Positions 9,631 to 20,581 are shown, counted from the first letter of the stretch. The stretch: 64,000 nucleotides of DNA from Chloroflexota bacterium (GCA_003141955.1 PLOC01000111.1:9981-73980); one strand, 5' to 3'. The notes: a model not told the origin generated them from the letters alone. Made by a program: numbers and translations.

Positions 9631-12549
9631 CTAGCCGGTGTTCTGGAGGCCGGCGGCCACGCCGTTGACGGTGAGCTGCACGAGCGTGGCCACTCGCTCG
9701 CGATCCGGATGGTTCGGCGGCAGCGAGCGAAGCCGGGCCAGGTAGTGGACCTGGATGTGCGACAGCGGGTCGATGTAGGGCCGCCGCAGCCGGATCGAGC
9801 GCCGAACTGCCGGATCGGTTTCGAGCAACTCCCGATGGCCGGTCACTCTTGCCAGCTCCTCGATCGAGAGGGCGTACTCGGCCCGGATGCAGGCCCACAG
9901 CCGCTTCCCGGTCGGTGTGTCGGCGAGCGCGGCGTAGAGGCTCGCGATCTGCGGCTCAGATCGATACAGGATCAGCTCGGCGTTGTCGAAGGCGCTCGAG
10001 AGGAGCGGCCAGTCGCGATAGAGCGTGGCCAGCTTCTCGGTGGACCTGGCGCCGTGGGTCCGCCGGTACGCCTTGAGCGCGGAACCGAGGCCGTACCAGG
10101 CCGGGAGCCCGATCCTCGCCTGCTGCCAGGCGAAGACCCACGGAATCGCCCGCAGCGATTCGATGCCCGGCGCCGGCGTGACCGGCTCCACGACCCAGGC
10201 CGGCTGGGAGAGCCGCCGCGGTGGCTCGACGCTGCCGCGGCGCGCCGGCCGCGACCCCAGGGCCATCGCCGAAAGCTCCGTCACGGGCGTCGCGGCCCGG
10301 AAGAACTCCGGGAACCCGGGCTCGTCGTACACCAGCGAGCGGTAGGCGTCCCGCGCCAGGCCGGCCAGCTCGTCCATCACCGGCTTGCCGCGGCCGTCCA
10401 CCTCGGCCACGCAGTCGTCGTGCTCGTGAGTGGACGCGATGATCGCCGCGCTCGCGACGAGCTCCAGGTGATGCTCGGCGATGGCGGCGTTCGAGTAATT
10501 GGCCGCGACCGTCTCGCCCTGCTCGGTCATCTTGAAGCGGCCGTCGATCGAGCGCGGGGCCTGGGCCAGGATGGCCCGGTTCGTCGGGCCACCGCCACGG
10601 CCGATGGCGCCTCCTCTGCCGTGGAAGAGGGTCAGTTCGATACCGTTGCGGCGGGCCACCTCGGCCAGGCGTGACTGGGCCCGGTAGAGCATCCACACGG
10701 CCGCCAGGAAACCCGACTCCTTGTTCGAGTCGGAGTAGCCGAGCATCACTTCCTGGCGGTTGCCGCGGGACTCCAGGTGCCGGCGGTAGTCCGGGTTGGC
10801 GAGCAGCGTCTCCAAGACCTCGCCACAGCTCTCGAGCGCGTCCGCCGATTCGAAGAGCGGCACGACATCGAGGTTGGCCTGGCCGCGCACGAAGCCGCTC
10901 GTGGCCACGGTCGGGACGATTCCGCCGGCGGCCATGTGGGCGAGCTGCAGGACGGCCATGACGTCGTCCGCGCTGCGGGTGAAGCTGACCACGTAGCGAT
11001 GGCAGGCATCCTCGCCGAAGCGCCGCTGGATCGCCGCCACGGCCCGGAAAGTCGCCAGGACCTCGCCCGGCGAGACGCCCGGGACAAGCTCGCGGGCCAG
11101 GTCCGGGGAGGTCATGCCGCGGCTGTGCAGGAGAGCGTGGAGGGCTTCGGCGTGGACTTCGGAGTGCTGGCGGATCTCGAGCGAGGCGAGATGGAAGCCG
11201 AACGTCTCGACCTGCCAGCGGAAGTCCTGGATCTCTCCGTAGGCGACGCGCGGCAGCCCATCCGCGACGAGGCAGGCCTGAAGCTCGGCCAGCTCCTCGA
11301 TCAGCCGCTCGGTGGTCTCGTAGTGCCCGGCGACCGGGCCCGCCTCCTCGGTGAGGTACCAGCGAGTGCGGCGAAGCCGCTCGGCGATCGCCCCCATGCG
11401 GCGGCGGTACGGCTCGTCGGGGAAGCGGCGAGCCAGGTCGCGCATCGTCTCGGGCAGTTCCTCGGCATCGCGGGCCAGCCGGTTCTCGAACTCCGGGTGG
11501 ATCCCATCACTCGAGACCTGCGCCGACAGCGTCGTCAGAAGCCTTGTCGCCACCGCCTCGTAGCCGCGCAGGACGTGGTCGGCGTGGATGCGCGGAACCT
11601 GGCGAGTGAGCTCCGCCGTGACCACCGGATTGCCGTCGCGGTCGCCACCGATCCACGAGCCCCACTGCAGGAAGGCGGACGCGCGCGGCGGCTGTGTCCC
11701 GCTCAAGCCGGCGTCGCCGGCCAGCCCGCCCGCGCGGTGGCTCCGACCTCGGACTCTCGCCCGGTCCATCGCTCGATCGAAGGCGCGGTAGATCCGCGGC
11801 ACCGCCCGGAAGAGCGCCTCGTCGAAGAATGCCAGGGCCGAGCGGACTTCGTCGATCGGGGTCGGGGCGGTCTTGCGCACCGACGAGGTCCGCCACAGCA
11901 GGCTGATCTCTTCACGCAGCTTGCGCCTGATCTCGGCGTCGTCCTCGGCACCGAGGCGGGGATCGTCGAGCTGCTCGAGAAGCCGATAGCAGCGCCGCAG
12001 AGCGGTCAGCACCGTGCGCCGGCGGGCTTCGGTCGGATGGGCGGTCAGGACCGGCGTGATCCGCAGCCGCCGCAGCAGCTCCTCGATCCGATCGGCCGAC
12101 CAGTCGCGCTCGCGGAGCCAGTCGATGGCCGAATCCGGAGAGCCCTCCTCAGGCCTGGCCGACTTCTGGGCTCGCTCCAGCTGGCGAACCTGATCGCGCT
12201 CCTCGCACAGGTTGACGAGCTGGAAGTACAGGCTGAAGGCGTTGGCCAGCGCCTCGGCCTGGTCGATCGCAAGCGAGTCGAGCTCGGTCGCCAGCGCCTC
12301 GTGGGCCCCCTCGTCGCCTGCCTCGCGGAAGGCGATCGAGCGAAGGCGGCTCCGTTCCACCAGATCCAGCAGTTGCGGCCCGCCCTGTTCCGCGATCACC
12401 TGGCCGAGCAGGGCGCCCAGCAGCTTCACCTCGCGCGAAAGCGAATCGGCCGCGCTGCCGGTGCCGGCGGCCCGGGGCTCGGCCTGCACGGCGGCATTGC
12501 CCGCGGCGTGGGCTGTCGATCGCGTTGGAGCGGGGTGATTGGCGGGCAT
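9631..12549 (-). CDS. ppc: Phosphoenolpyruvate carboxylase
   Basis: VLTAHPTE, GSWIGGDRDGNP, QEVMLGYSDSNKE, FHGRGGAIGRGGGP, SLRAIPW, AAGLQNTG; start codon uncertain. Confidence 0.96.
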   Translation of the reverse strand: MPANHPAPTRSTAHAAGNAAVQAEPRAAGTGSAADSLSREVKLLGALLGQVIAEQGGPQLLDLVERSRLRSIAFREAGDEGAHEALATELDSLAIDQAEALANAFSLYFQLVNLCEERDQVRQLERAQKSARPEEGSPDSAIDWLRERDWSADRIEELLRRLRITPVLTAHPTEARRRTVLTALRRCYRLLEQLDDPRLGAEDDAEIRRKLREEISLLWRTSSVRKTAPTPIDEVRSALAFFDEALFRAVPRIYRAFDRAMDRARVRGRSHRAGGLAGDAGLSGTQPPRASAFLQWGSWIGGDRDGNPVVTAELTRQVPRIHADHVLRGYEAVATRLLTTLSAQVSSDGIHPEFENRLARDAEELPETMRDLARRFPDEPYRRRMGAIAERLRRTRWYLTEEAGPVAGHYETTERLIEELAELQACLVADGLPRVAYGEIQDFRWQVETFGFHLASLEIRQHSEVHAEALHALLHSRGMTSPDLARELVPGVSPGEVLATFRAVAAIQRRFGEDACHRYVVSFTRSADDVMAVLQLAHMAAGGIVPTVATSGFVRGQANLDVVPLFESADALESCGEVLETLLANPDYRRHLESRGNRQEVMLGYSDSNKESGFLAAVWMLYRAQSRLAEVARRNGIELTLFHGRGGAIGRGGGPTNRAILAQAPRSIDGRFKMTEQGETVAANYSNAAIAEHHLELVASAAIIASTHEHDDCVAEVDGRGKPVMDELAGLARDAYRSLVYDEPGFPEFFRAATPVTELSAMALGSRPARRGSVEPPRRLSQPAWVVEPVTPAPGIESLRAIPWVFAWQQARIGLPAWYGLGSALKAYRRTHGARSTEKLATLYRDWPLLSSAFDNAELILYRSEPQIASLYAALADTPTGKRLWACIRAEYALSIEELARVTGHRELLETDPAVRRSIRLRRPYIDPLSHIQVHYLARLRSLPPNHPDRERVATLVQLTVNGVAAGLQNTG

Positions 12550-12726
12550 GTCACGGGAGCATACAGCGGCGGACGATCGCGACGCTTCACCTGTAGATGA
12601 GGGCCTGCGAGGCAGGCTTATCGGCTGGTCCTGATGGTACGAACGAGGCACCAAGGATTCTCCGTAAAGGACGACACCTAGAGCAGAAGAGGCCCGCGTC
12701 GATGGGTGCTCGGTGCCGGAGGCGAA

Positions 12727-12990
12727 ATGGACCGCAGCCGAATTCACAGGATCGTGATCGCGACCATCGCCGCCACGTCCGTCGCCGGTGTCGCCCTCGG
12801 GGTCGCAACACTGAGCGGGTTCGGCGGCTCAGGGGCGGGAGACTTGCTCGTCTCCTCGACCCCGGTGGCCAGCACCGTGCTTCTTCTGATCGGCATTGTC
12901 GTCATGATCGAGTTCGAGTTGTCGCACGTGGCCGGCCGGCGATCGAGCCGAACGGCTCGGGCCTCGGTCCCCGAGCCGGCCCGCGCCTGA
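12727..12990 (+). CDS. Small two-TM membrane protein
   Basis: GGAGG RBS, two hydrophobic stretches. Confidence 0.55.
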   Translation: MDRSRIHRIVIATIAATSVAGVALGVATLSGFGGSGAGDLLVSSTPVASTVLLLIGIVVMIEFELSHVAGRRSSRTARASVPEPARA

Positions 12991-13373
12991 GTGGTTGAGC
13001 AGCTTGAGCCCCGCCACGCGCCCCCGCGCCACCCGCTGCGCCTCCGCTCGAACTGGCGGGACCAGATGACCCCGGCTGCACGTTCCGTCGGCGCCGCCAG
13101 GATCGCCGCCGCCGCGGCAACCGCGGGCGCCGCCGTCTCCGCGGGCGGGGCCTCCACGGGGGCCTGCCGTCGCGCCGACGATCGGCCGATCCAATTCCCG
13201 GCCTCCTTCGCGCGGTCCGGCTCCGCGCGTCCATGGACCGCCCCGCCGCCGAACAATCCGCCGACGGGGCGGCCCGCCACTCGCCGACCCTTCTGAGGCC
13301 GCTTCTCCGCCTGAGCGCCACCATCCTGTCCGATGACCGCGCACAACTGACATCCGCGCGCTAACATCCCGGC

Positions 13374-13856
13374 GTGGCCATCGAGACACCGCTTCCTCCC
13401 AGGATCGCCGACGACGATCGTCCGGTCGTGGCGTCGCTCACGGTCCTCTACGACGGCGGCTGCACGGTGTGCAGCGAGACGGTCCGGCAGCTGCGCCGTT
13501 GGGACCGCGACGGCCGAATGGAGTTCCTTCCCCTCACGATGGCCGCCACCTCAGGCCGCCCGAGCCTGGAGCGACTCGCGGCCGAAGGGCATCTGGCCGA
13601 CGCGATCCACGTCGTCAACGAGTCGACGGGTCAGGTGGTGACCGGCGGCCACGCGGCGCTGGCGCTCCTCGACGCGCTCCCCGGCGGCTGGTTGCTCCGA
13701 CCCTGGGCTGCCCTGCCGCCGACGGCCCTCGCCGCCGACGCCGTCTATCGGATCGCCAGCCGGCACCGCGACGGCCTGGCGTGGCTCATGGGCATGCGCA
13801 ACGAGGTCAGCTGCCCGGTTGCACCCGCCGTCGAGTCGGTCGACCCGGACCGCTGA
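13374..13856 (+). CDS. DCC1-like thiol-disulfide oxidoreductase (DUF393)
   Basis: VLYDGGCTVC (DxxCxxC) and YRIASRHR motifs. Confidence 0.85.
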   Translation: MAIETPLPPRIADDDRPVVASLTVLYDGGCTVCSETVRQLRRWDRDGRMEFLPLTMAATSGRPSLERLAAEGHLADAIHVVNESTGQVVTGGHAALALLDALPGGWLLRPWAALPPTALAADAVYRIASRHRDGLAWLMGMRNEVSCPVAPAVESVDPDR

Positions 13857-14012
13857 CGGTTCCCGCGGTCGCGCGCCGACCGCCGCCGCGTCGCCCGTGG
13901 CCCCTGCGGCCTGCCCGCCGCGATGGGTAGGCTCGGTCGGGCCGTTGGTACTGCCTCTGCGTGACGGCCACCCGGTCACGCGCCTGGGCCGGCTCTATAG
14001 GATCCGGGGATC

Positions 14013-14606
14013 ATGACGAGCGTCCCCAGTCACGTCACGCCCCTCAAGCTCGTGCAGCGCGCCTCGATGGACCTGGCAACCTGCCCACCGGCGGCATTGG
14101 TCGAGCCCGACTGGCTGGGCACGCCGGTCGCCTCGGCCACGGCGGGCACCCGCCGCTATCTGACGGATCTCAGTCTGCCGGTGCGGGACCACAGCCCACA
14201 GCTCACCTTCAAGAAGGCCGCCTACGTGGACATGGGCGAGGCCCGAGCAACCGCGGATGGCTGCGAGCTGACAATCAGCTGGCGGTCGTCGTCGCTCGCG
14301 CCGCTCTTCCCCGTCTTCGCCGGCCGGCTCAAGCTGACATCGACCGAGGTCACGCTGGAGGGGTTCTATGCCCCGCCCGGCGGTGAGTTCGGGGCCGTGC
14401 TCGATCGCGCCTTCCTGAACATCGCCGCTCGCGGCACGGCCCGCTGGTTCCTGGAGCAAGCGACTGCGGCGCTCTCGACTGTCACGGCGGTCGGGCCGGA
14501 GACGCGGACCGCGGGCTCGGCCGCTGCATCGGCCCCAGGCTCCACTGCCGGCCCCACATCGTCGCCGGGCGGCACCTCCACGCTCCGTGGCCGCGCCGTC
14601 CCGTAG
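14013..14606 (+). CDS. Hypothetical protein (possible SRPBCC-like fold)
   Basis: Coding-like composition; LFPVFAGRL...LEGFYAPPGGEFGAVLDR segment. Confidence 0.6.
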   Translation: MTSVPSHVTPLKLVQRASMDLATCPPAALVEPDWLGTPVASATAGTRRYLTDLSLPVRDHSPQLTFKKAAYVDMGEARATADGCELTISWRSSSLAPLFPVFAGRLKLTSTEVTLEGFYAPPGGEFGAVLDRAFLNIAARGTARWFLEQATAALSTVTAVGPETRTAGSAAASAPGSTAGPTSSPGGTSTLRGRAVP

Positions 14607-14803
14607 CGCGTTTCGGGCGCTTCTGGAGTCCGCGTCTCGCCGGCCGCTACACGGATATAGCCGGGCACGAACGCATGAGTTGCGCGGGATGGGCGATTCT
14701 TGCGGGAATGGAACGTCCCGTGTATGTGTTCGAAACATCCAGGGGAGTATCCTGATTGTCCCTGGTCGTACCCAGTGCGAACCCCCGAAGGAAGGAGGGT
14801 CTC

Positions 14804-15040
14804 GTGCCTGAACCGTCCGCCATCGAGGGGGTCTTGCGAGCTCTGGTCGAGGCGATGGAGGCCAAAGAGGCCGCCGAGCCAGACCTCCCGGAATGGGAGG
14901 CAGACGCCCGACTTCGAGCCGCCGAGGCTAGCCTTCTCCGGCTCTATCGTGAGTCGGGTCACGATCACCCTCACCGCGTGGCAATCGAGATCGAAGTCGC
15001 CCACTCCTGCGTGGGCCCCACCGCGGTAGAGGTCGCCTGA
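14804..15040 (+). CDS. Small hypothetical protein
   Basis: Strong AAGGAGG RBS before GTG; helical acidic sequence. Confidence 0.55.
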   Translation: MPEPSAIEGVLRALVEAMEAKEAAEPDLPEWEADARLRAAEASLLRLYRESGHDHPHRVAIEIEVAHSCVGPTAVEVA

Positions 15041-15114
15041 CGCCCGGCGGCCGCCTCGCGCAGGCCAGCGCTGAGCCCTCTGGATAGTCCCAGCTTCCGT
15101 GCGCCCTGCTGCAG

Positions 15115-16464
15115 TTGGCAGACTCCACGGCCGATACCTTCGACGGTTGGCAAGCCGTGCCAATGGAGCCTGCCGTGCTTACTGGGGCAACGGAGAAACC
15201 CGACGTCAGCGCCGCCCACAAGGATCGTCGCCTGAGGGCCGTCTATCGCCGGGAACTTCAGGATAGTGTGCTGTTCTCAGCTCTGGCCGTGACGGCCGGG
15301 ATCGCGGTCACCACAGTGGTCGCGTGCCTGGTCGCGCCGAACGCCGCCCTTGCCGAGATCCTCGTCGCCACGCCGCTTGTGCTGACGGGTCTTGGCGTCG
15401 CGCGCACAGTGCCCTGCCGGTCCCGGCGCTTCGTCGTTCAACTCGGCATGCTGGTGGGCCTGCTGCCGTTCCTCTCGACCGCCACGACCACGACCCTCGT
15501 TCATGGATCCGAGTCGCTCTCCCTGGGGGCGCTGGGGGTGATGCCCCTCGCCTTCGCGGTCTACGTCCCGCTCGAGCGCAGGCAGCACCTGATCTGGCTG
15601 ATCCTGGCCGACGCGATCTTCTTCGGGGTGATCGTCGCGTGCTCGAGTGCCGCGGTGTGGTCGGGCGAGATGCTGGCGCTGACGTTCACTGCCGCCCTGG
15701 CATTCGGGCTGAGCCTCGGCGCCAACGAGATCCAGCTTCGGCGGCGCCAGCAGATGAACAGGCAGCTCCTGGCGGTGCGCGGTCTCTACGGCCGCATGAA
15801 GGAGCACGAGCTCGACCTTCGTCGCCAGGACGAGTTCCTCTTCATGCAGCAGGAAACCCTGGTCGTCCAGCAGGCCGAGCTGCTGCGGCTCAACGAGGAG
15901 CTCGAGACGATCGCCCGCCTCGACGCCCTGACCGGCCTGGGCAACCGCCTTCGCCTCAACGAGGACCTGGCCCAGACCGCGGCCCGGATCGAGCGCATCG
16001 GCGGAACGGTGGGTCTGCTGCTGATGGACCTCGACCGATTCAAGCGCCTCAACGACACCATGGGCCACTTGGCCGGCGACGCCGCCCTGCGGGGAGTGGC
16101 CGACGTTCTTCGCAAGACGAGCCGCCTGGGCGACGGGCTCTATCGCTACGGCGGCGAGGAGTTCCTGGTCGTGCTGCACGATTGCGACGAGAGCGCCCTG
16201 GCGGCGGCCGGGCAGCGCTACATCAGTGCCGTCGCGGCCGCGGGCATGCCGCACCCCGACAACCCACCGTGGAACCTGGTCACGGCCAGCGCCGGCGCCC
16301 GCGAGCTATCCCAGCGCAACTGCATCGACATCGACGCGGCGCTCCACGATGCCGACGAGGCGCTGTACGTCGCCAAGGCGTTGGGTCGAAACCGCCTCGA
16401 GATTCACTCCGGCCCGCCTGCGGGCGAGATCGTCCCGATCGACCGGCAGCGCGCCGCGAGCTAG
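15115..16464 (+). CDS. Membrane-anchored diguanylate cyclase (GGDEF domain)
   Basis: About 6 TM helices, coiled coil, DALTGLGNR, DLDRFKRLNDTMGHLAGD, RYGGEEF; start uncertain (15115 or 15163). Confidence 0.93.
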   Translation: MADSTADTFDGWQAVPMEPAVLTGATEKPDVSAAHKDRRLRAVYRRELQDSVLFSALAVTAGIAVTTVVACLVAPNAALAEILVATPLVLTGLGVARTVPCRSRRFVVQLGMLVGLLPFLSTATTTTLVHGSESLSLGALGVMPLAFAVYVPLERRQHLIWLILADAIFFGVIVACSSAAVWSGEMLALTFTAALAFGLSLGANEIQLRRRQQMNRQLLAVRGLYGRMKEHELDLRRQDEFLFMQQETLVVQQAELLRLNEELETIARLDALTGLGNRLRLNEDLAQTAARIERIGGTVGLLLMDLDRFKRLNDTMGHLAGDAALRGVADVLRKTSRLGDGLYRYGGEEFLVVLHDCDESALAAAGQRYISAVAAAGMPHPDNPPWNLVTASAGARELSQRNCIDIDAALHDADEALYVAKALGRNRLEIHSGPPAGEIVPIDRQRAAS

Positions 16465-16871
16465 ATCGGCAGCACCGCCGCCACGACCGCGACGACGATG
16501 CCGATGGCCAGCGCGGCCACGCCGATACGGATCGATTTGGCCCTGTCGCGTGCCCTGGCCTCGGGCGCCGCCACCTCGGACACGGTCCCCAGCGGCCCGA
16601 AGTTGTAGACGCCTCGGGCCCCGAAGCCGGCGCAGAAGTGGAACCACGCCTGCAGGTATCCCGAGGCCGACGCGCCCGCTGGAAGCACCAGAATCAGCCT
16701 GGTCCAAGGCGGCGCCCCGGTCACGACCAGTGCCGCGAGGCCGGCCGCGGTCACCAGGAGCCCGATATGGCCGGCCATCCGGCGGCGGGCTATCTCAGCC
16801 GGACCGATGTTGCATACGCCCGGGCTGTAATCGACGACATTGAGCGGACCAAGCCCCGCGGTGCTGGACAT
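16461..16871 (-). CDS. Small membrane protein with YxPGVCNIG motif
   Basis: YSPGVCNIGPAEIARRR, three hydrophobic segments, FHFCAGF. Confidence 0.7.
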   Translation of the reverse strand: MSSTAGLGPLNVVDYSPGVCNIGPAEIARRRMAGHIGLLVTAAGLAALVVTGAPPWTRLILVLPAGASASGYLQAWFHFCAGFGARGVYNFGPLGTVSEVAAPEARARDRAKSIRIGVAALAIGIVVAVVAAVLPI

Positions 16872-17159
16872 CGTTGATACCTCAATTACTTGCCCTGGAT
16901 CGTACAGCCGACGCCAGCGCGCGGCCAGTCGTAGCAGATCTGGGCCGGCACCCGCGACAACTTGCCGCCACCGGCTGGTCGGTGCGCTGCAGTCGAGGGT
17001 AGATTGCTGCTCTCCGCTCCCCGCCGGACCTGACAGGGTCCTTTCGGGTGACCTTGACCCGTACAATCGAGGAGCGATACTTGGCCCCAGCGGGGCCGAC
17101 TATTCCGATAGGCGGGCTGCCGACGCTCCGAGTCGGCGGCCTCTCCAGGAGGATCCAGC

Positions 17160-17393
17160 GTGCTCTTCAACCGCAAGCGCTCCAAGGACAGCGAGGAGCG
17201 GCAGCTCGATCAGGCGGGGCTGGTCGAATTGCTCCTCGGCGCGGACGACGTCGAGCGAAAGCGACTCCTGCTGCTGGCGCTCCAGACCGGCGAACTCCGC
17301 AAGTCCGAAGCCGCCGACTTGCTGCGCCTGGTCGATCGACTCGAGGCCGTATCAGCTGGTTCCTCCACCCGTGCCGCGTCCGGCAACCGGTAG
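17160..17393 (+). CDS. Small hypothetical protein
   Basis: AGGAGG RBS before GTG; helical Leu-rich 77 aa. Confidence 0.6.
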   Translation: MLFNRKRSKDSEERQLDQAGLVELLLGADDVERKRLLLLALQTGELRKSEAADLLRLVDRLEAVSAGSSTRAASGNR

Positions 17394-17441
17394 CGACTCG
17401 CCCAGCCATTTCGGGGAGCCAACAACCGCTACCATCCCAGC

Positions 17442-18668
17442 ATGACCATCGCGGATCGACTCGGGCCATTGCGCGCCGCGGCTGAGCATGAGCTGCGCGA
17501 GGACATCCTGCCGTATTGGGCGACCACGGCAGTCGATCGCAGGCAGGGCGGCTTCTTCGGAGCCGTCTCCGTCGACGGCCGGCCGGACCCGAGCGCCGGC
17601 AAGGGCGGCGTCCTGAACGCCCGCATCCTGTGGACCTTCTCGGCCGCGTTGCGCCGCCGGCCCGAGCCCCTCTATCGCGAGATGGCGGATCGGGCGTTCG
17701 ACTACCTCCTGGAGCATTTCTGGGACCCGGAGCATTCGGGCCTGTACTGGGAGGTGGACCATCTCGGCCGAATGCTGCAGGGTCGAAAGCAGACCTACGG
17801 ACAGGCCTTCGGCATCTACGCGCTGGTCGAGTACTTCCGGGCGACGGGTGTGCGCGACGCGCTCGATCGAGCCATGCGGCTCTTCGAAGACATCGAGACT
17901 CATGCGCTCGACCCCTCGAACGGCGGCTACTGGGAGGCGCGCGGGCGCGACTGGCAGCCGATCGACGACATCCGGCTGTCCGACCTGGACCTGAACGCGC
18001 CCTTCTCGATGAACAACCACGTCCACCTTCTCGAGGCCTACACGACGCTGGCTCTTGTCTGCGAGGATCCGCGGCCACGGGCGCGGCTGCGGGCGCTGCT
18101 CGAGCTGATGCTGGACCGCATCCTCGACGCACAGAGCGGGCACTTAATCCTCTTCTTCGACGAGCACTGGCGGCCGATGTCGGGAGTGATCTCGTACGGC
18201 CACGACATCGAGACGAGCTGGCTGATCTGCGAAGCGGCCGGCGTGGTGGGCGACCCGACACTCACGTCCCGGGCCCAGGCGGCTGCCGTCAAGATGGCGG
18301 ACGCCGTCCTGGCGGACGGCTACGACGCCGAGCTGGGCGGTGTGTACACGGAAAGGACGGCGGAGGGATACCTCAAGACGGACAAGGAATGGTGGCCGCA
18401 GGCCGAAGCTGTGGTGGGATACCTGAACGCCTACCAGATCTCGGGCCGAGAGGAGCACCTCGCTGCCGCCATCAAGACTTGGGACTTCATCGACGCCTTC
18501 GTGATCGATCGCCGCGACGGCGAGTGGTACACCTACGTCAGCCGCGAGGGCGTTGCCGCGCCGGGCCTGACCAAGGTCGACTTCTGGAAGTGCCCCTACC
18601 ACGACGCCCGGGCCATGCTCGAGATCATGGAGCGAACGCACCAGCTGGAGCCAGCCGGCTCGCGCTGA
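17442..18668 (+). CDS. AGE-family epimerase (cellobiose 2-epimerase-like)
   Basis: NARILWTFS, KQTYGQAF, SMNNHVHLLEAY, SYGHDIETSWL, WWPQAEA, FWKCPYH. Confidence 0.92.
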   Translation: MTIADRLGPLRAAAEHELREDILPYWATTAVDRRQGGFFGAVSVDGRPDPSAGKGGVLNARILWTFSAALRRRPEPLYREMADRAFDYLLEHFWDPEHSGLYWEVDHLGRMLQGRKQTYGQAFGIYALVEYFRATGVRDALDRAMRLFEDIETHALDPSNGGYWEARGRDWQPIDDIRLSDLDLNAPFSMNNHVHLLEAYTTLALVCEDPRPRARLRALLELMLDRILDAQSGHLILFFDEHWRPMSGVISYGHDIETSWLICEAAGVVGDPTLTSRAQAAAVKMADAVLADGYDAELGGVYTERTAEGYLKTDKEWWPQAEAVVGYLNAYQISGREEHLAAAIKTWDFIDAFVIDRRDGEWYTYVSREGVAAPGLTKVDFWKCPYHDARAMLEIMERTHQLEPAGSR

Positions 18669-18879
18669 GCCGCCATCATCCGAGCCGCCGGCGGAATAGG
18701 CCAATTCGTCCCTTGACCCGGGCGCGGTGCATGGAGGACGCTCAGGTCGGCGCCGGGCGCGCACGAATGGCGCACCCCGCCGAGGGTCGGGCGAAGCCGG
18801 GAGTGCAGAATAGGTTCTCCTGCGCCGATCCCTGAAATGGGGCGGAAAGTCCCCCCAGAGGGAGACTTCGTGGTGGCTC

Positions 18880-19065
18880 GTCGATCGGGCACGGCTGGCT
18901 GTGGTGGCCCCCGGCGTGAGGCGACTGCTCGTGTCGGGGCACGCCGAATCGACCGTGCTGCCCGCCGGGCTCGCCGACGTCGGCGCGTCGTTCCTGCCCA
19001 AGCCGTTCACTCCCGAGCGCCTTGCGCGCAAGGTTCGCGAAGTCCTGGACGCCCCGGCCGGCTGA
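18880..19065 (+). pseudogene. C-terminal half of a receiver (REC) domain, CckA-like hybrid kinase remnant
   Basis: From 18901 reads VVAPGVRRLLVSGHAESTVLPAGLADVGASFLPKPFTPERLARKVREVLD; N-terminal half with the phosphoacceptor Asp is absent. Confidence 0.7.
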
Positions 19066-19125
19066 ACGGGCCGGTGAGACACTACCGGCGGAACGGCTGA
19101 GTTCCATGAGCGTCGGAGGTGCAGG

Positions 19126-20097
19126 ATGGCCGCCACACGTGTCGGGATCGTCGGGGCGGGCTGGATTGCCCGAGTACACCTGCGCGTTCTCTCGGGCTTC
19201 GACGACGTCCAGGTGGTGGGCATCTCGTCACGCAATCCGGATTCGGCGGGCCCGTTGGCCGAGTCTGCCGGCGCGCGGGTCTATCCCGACTATCGGTCCA
19301 TGCTCGATGCGGCCGAGCTCGATGCGGTCTTCGTATGCCTGCCACCGTATGCCCACGGTGAGCCCGAGCTGGCCGTCGTGGATCGCGGGATCGCCCTGTT
19401 CGCCGAGAAGCCGCTCGGCGTCGACGAACAGTGGCCGGCACGGATCGCGAAGGCGATCCACGAGAAGGGCGTCGTGTCGTGCGTGGGCTATCAGTGGCGC
19501 TACCTCGAGGTCGTCGATCGGGCCCGCGAGCTCCTCGAGAGCCGGCCGCCCCAGCTGGTCGTCGGCTCCTGGCTGGGCGAAACGCCCGGCGCCGCCTGGT
19601 GGATTCGAAAGGACCAATCGGGCGGTCAGATAGTGGAGCAGGCGACCCACATCTTCGATCTGGCGCGATATCTCGCGGGCGAGATGGAGCCCATCGCCGC
19701 CGCAGGCCGCCGGGTTCCGCGGCCGGCTTATCCGGACAGCGACATCCTCGACGTCACCGAGACCTCAGTGCGCTTTGCGTCGGGTGCCATCGGTTCCTTC
19801 TCGACAACTTCTCTACTTGCCGCGGCGCACCGGGTCGAACTCGAGGCAGTCTCCGACGGAATGGCCCTGACGCTGGAGGTACTCAACCACCGGCTCCTCG
19901 TGCGGCGAGGCTCGGAGAAGACCACGTTTGCGCCGCCGTCCGTTTTCGACACGCCTTACGAGCTGCAGAATCGGGCGTTCATCGATGCGGTCCAGGGGAA
20001 GCCCAACAGGATCCGCTCGTCGTATGACGATGCCCTGCTGACGCACCACCTGACGCTCGCAGCGTCGCGGCTCGCGAACGAGGCAGCCTCGGTTTGA
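19126..20097 (+). CDS. Gfo/Idh/MocA family oxidoreductase
   Basis: VGIVGAGWIA, EKP, SGGQIVEQATHIFD. Confidence 0.93.
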   Translation: MAATRVGIVGAGWIARVHLRVLSGFDDVQVVGISSRNPDSAGPLAESAGARVYPDYRSMLDAAELDAVFVCLPPYAHGEPELAVVDRGIALFAEKPLGVDEQWPARIAKAIHEKGVVSCVGYQWRYLEVVDRARELLESRPPQLVVGSWLGETPGAAWWIRKDQSGGQIVEQATHIFDLARYLAGEMEPIAAAGRRVPRPAYPDSDILDVTETSVRFASGAIGSFSTTSLLAAAHRVELEAVSDGMALTLEVLNHRLLVRRGSEKTTFAPPSVFDTPYELQNRAFIDAVQGKPNRIRSSYDDALLTHHLTLAASRLANEAASV

Positions 20098-20143
20098 GCG
20101 TGGGCGCGGCGGGGCAGCCCGCGGCGAGGGCAGGAACCGTCCC

Positions 20144-20581
20144 CTACTCCATCGGTTCGAGCAAGAACACCGGGATCTGGCGCTCAGTCTTCGCCTGGTA
20201 ATTCGCGTAGTCGGGCCAGGCCTCGACCGCGCGCTTCCACCAGACGGCCTTCTCGTCACCCGTGACCTCGCGCGCGGTGTAGTCGCGTTTGGCCGCTCGA
20301 TCCTGCAACTCGACGTGGGGGTTCTTCTTCAGGTTGTAGTACCAGACCGGGTTCTTCGGGGCGCCGCCGAGTGACGCCACCACCGCGTAGACGCCGCCGC
20401 GTTCGACGCGCATCAGAGCCGTCTTGCGGAGCTTGCCGGTCTTCGCGCCGACCGAGGTCAGCACGATCACGGGCATGCCGCGAAGATCGCTGCCCTCCTC
20501 GCCGTTCGTCGCCTCGTAGAGTTCAACCTGCTTGCGCGACCATGCGGATGTGCCCGGTTCGTATTCTCCAGTGAGTGGCAT
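20144..20581 (-). CDS. Deazaflavin (F420)-dependent nitroreductase family protein (Ddn-like)
   Basis: [41 protein letters not shown]. Confidence 0.92.
   Translation of the reverse strand: MPLTGEYEPGTSAWSRKQVELYEATNGEEGSDLRGMPVIVLTSVGAKTGKLRKTALMRVERGGVYAVVASLGGAPKNPVWYYNLKKNPHVELQDRAAKRDYTAREVTGDEKAVWWKRAVEAWPDYANYQAKTERQIPVFLLEPME

Noticed and set aside
14740-14766. GGGGAGTA as the start of a yybP-ykoY riboswitch
   Set aside because: The downstream conserved elements are absent and no metal-related gene follows.
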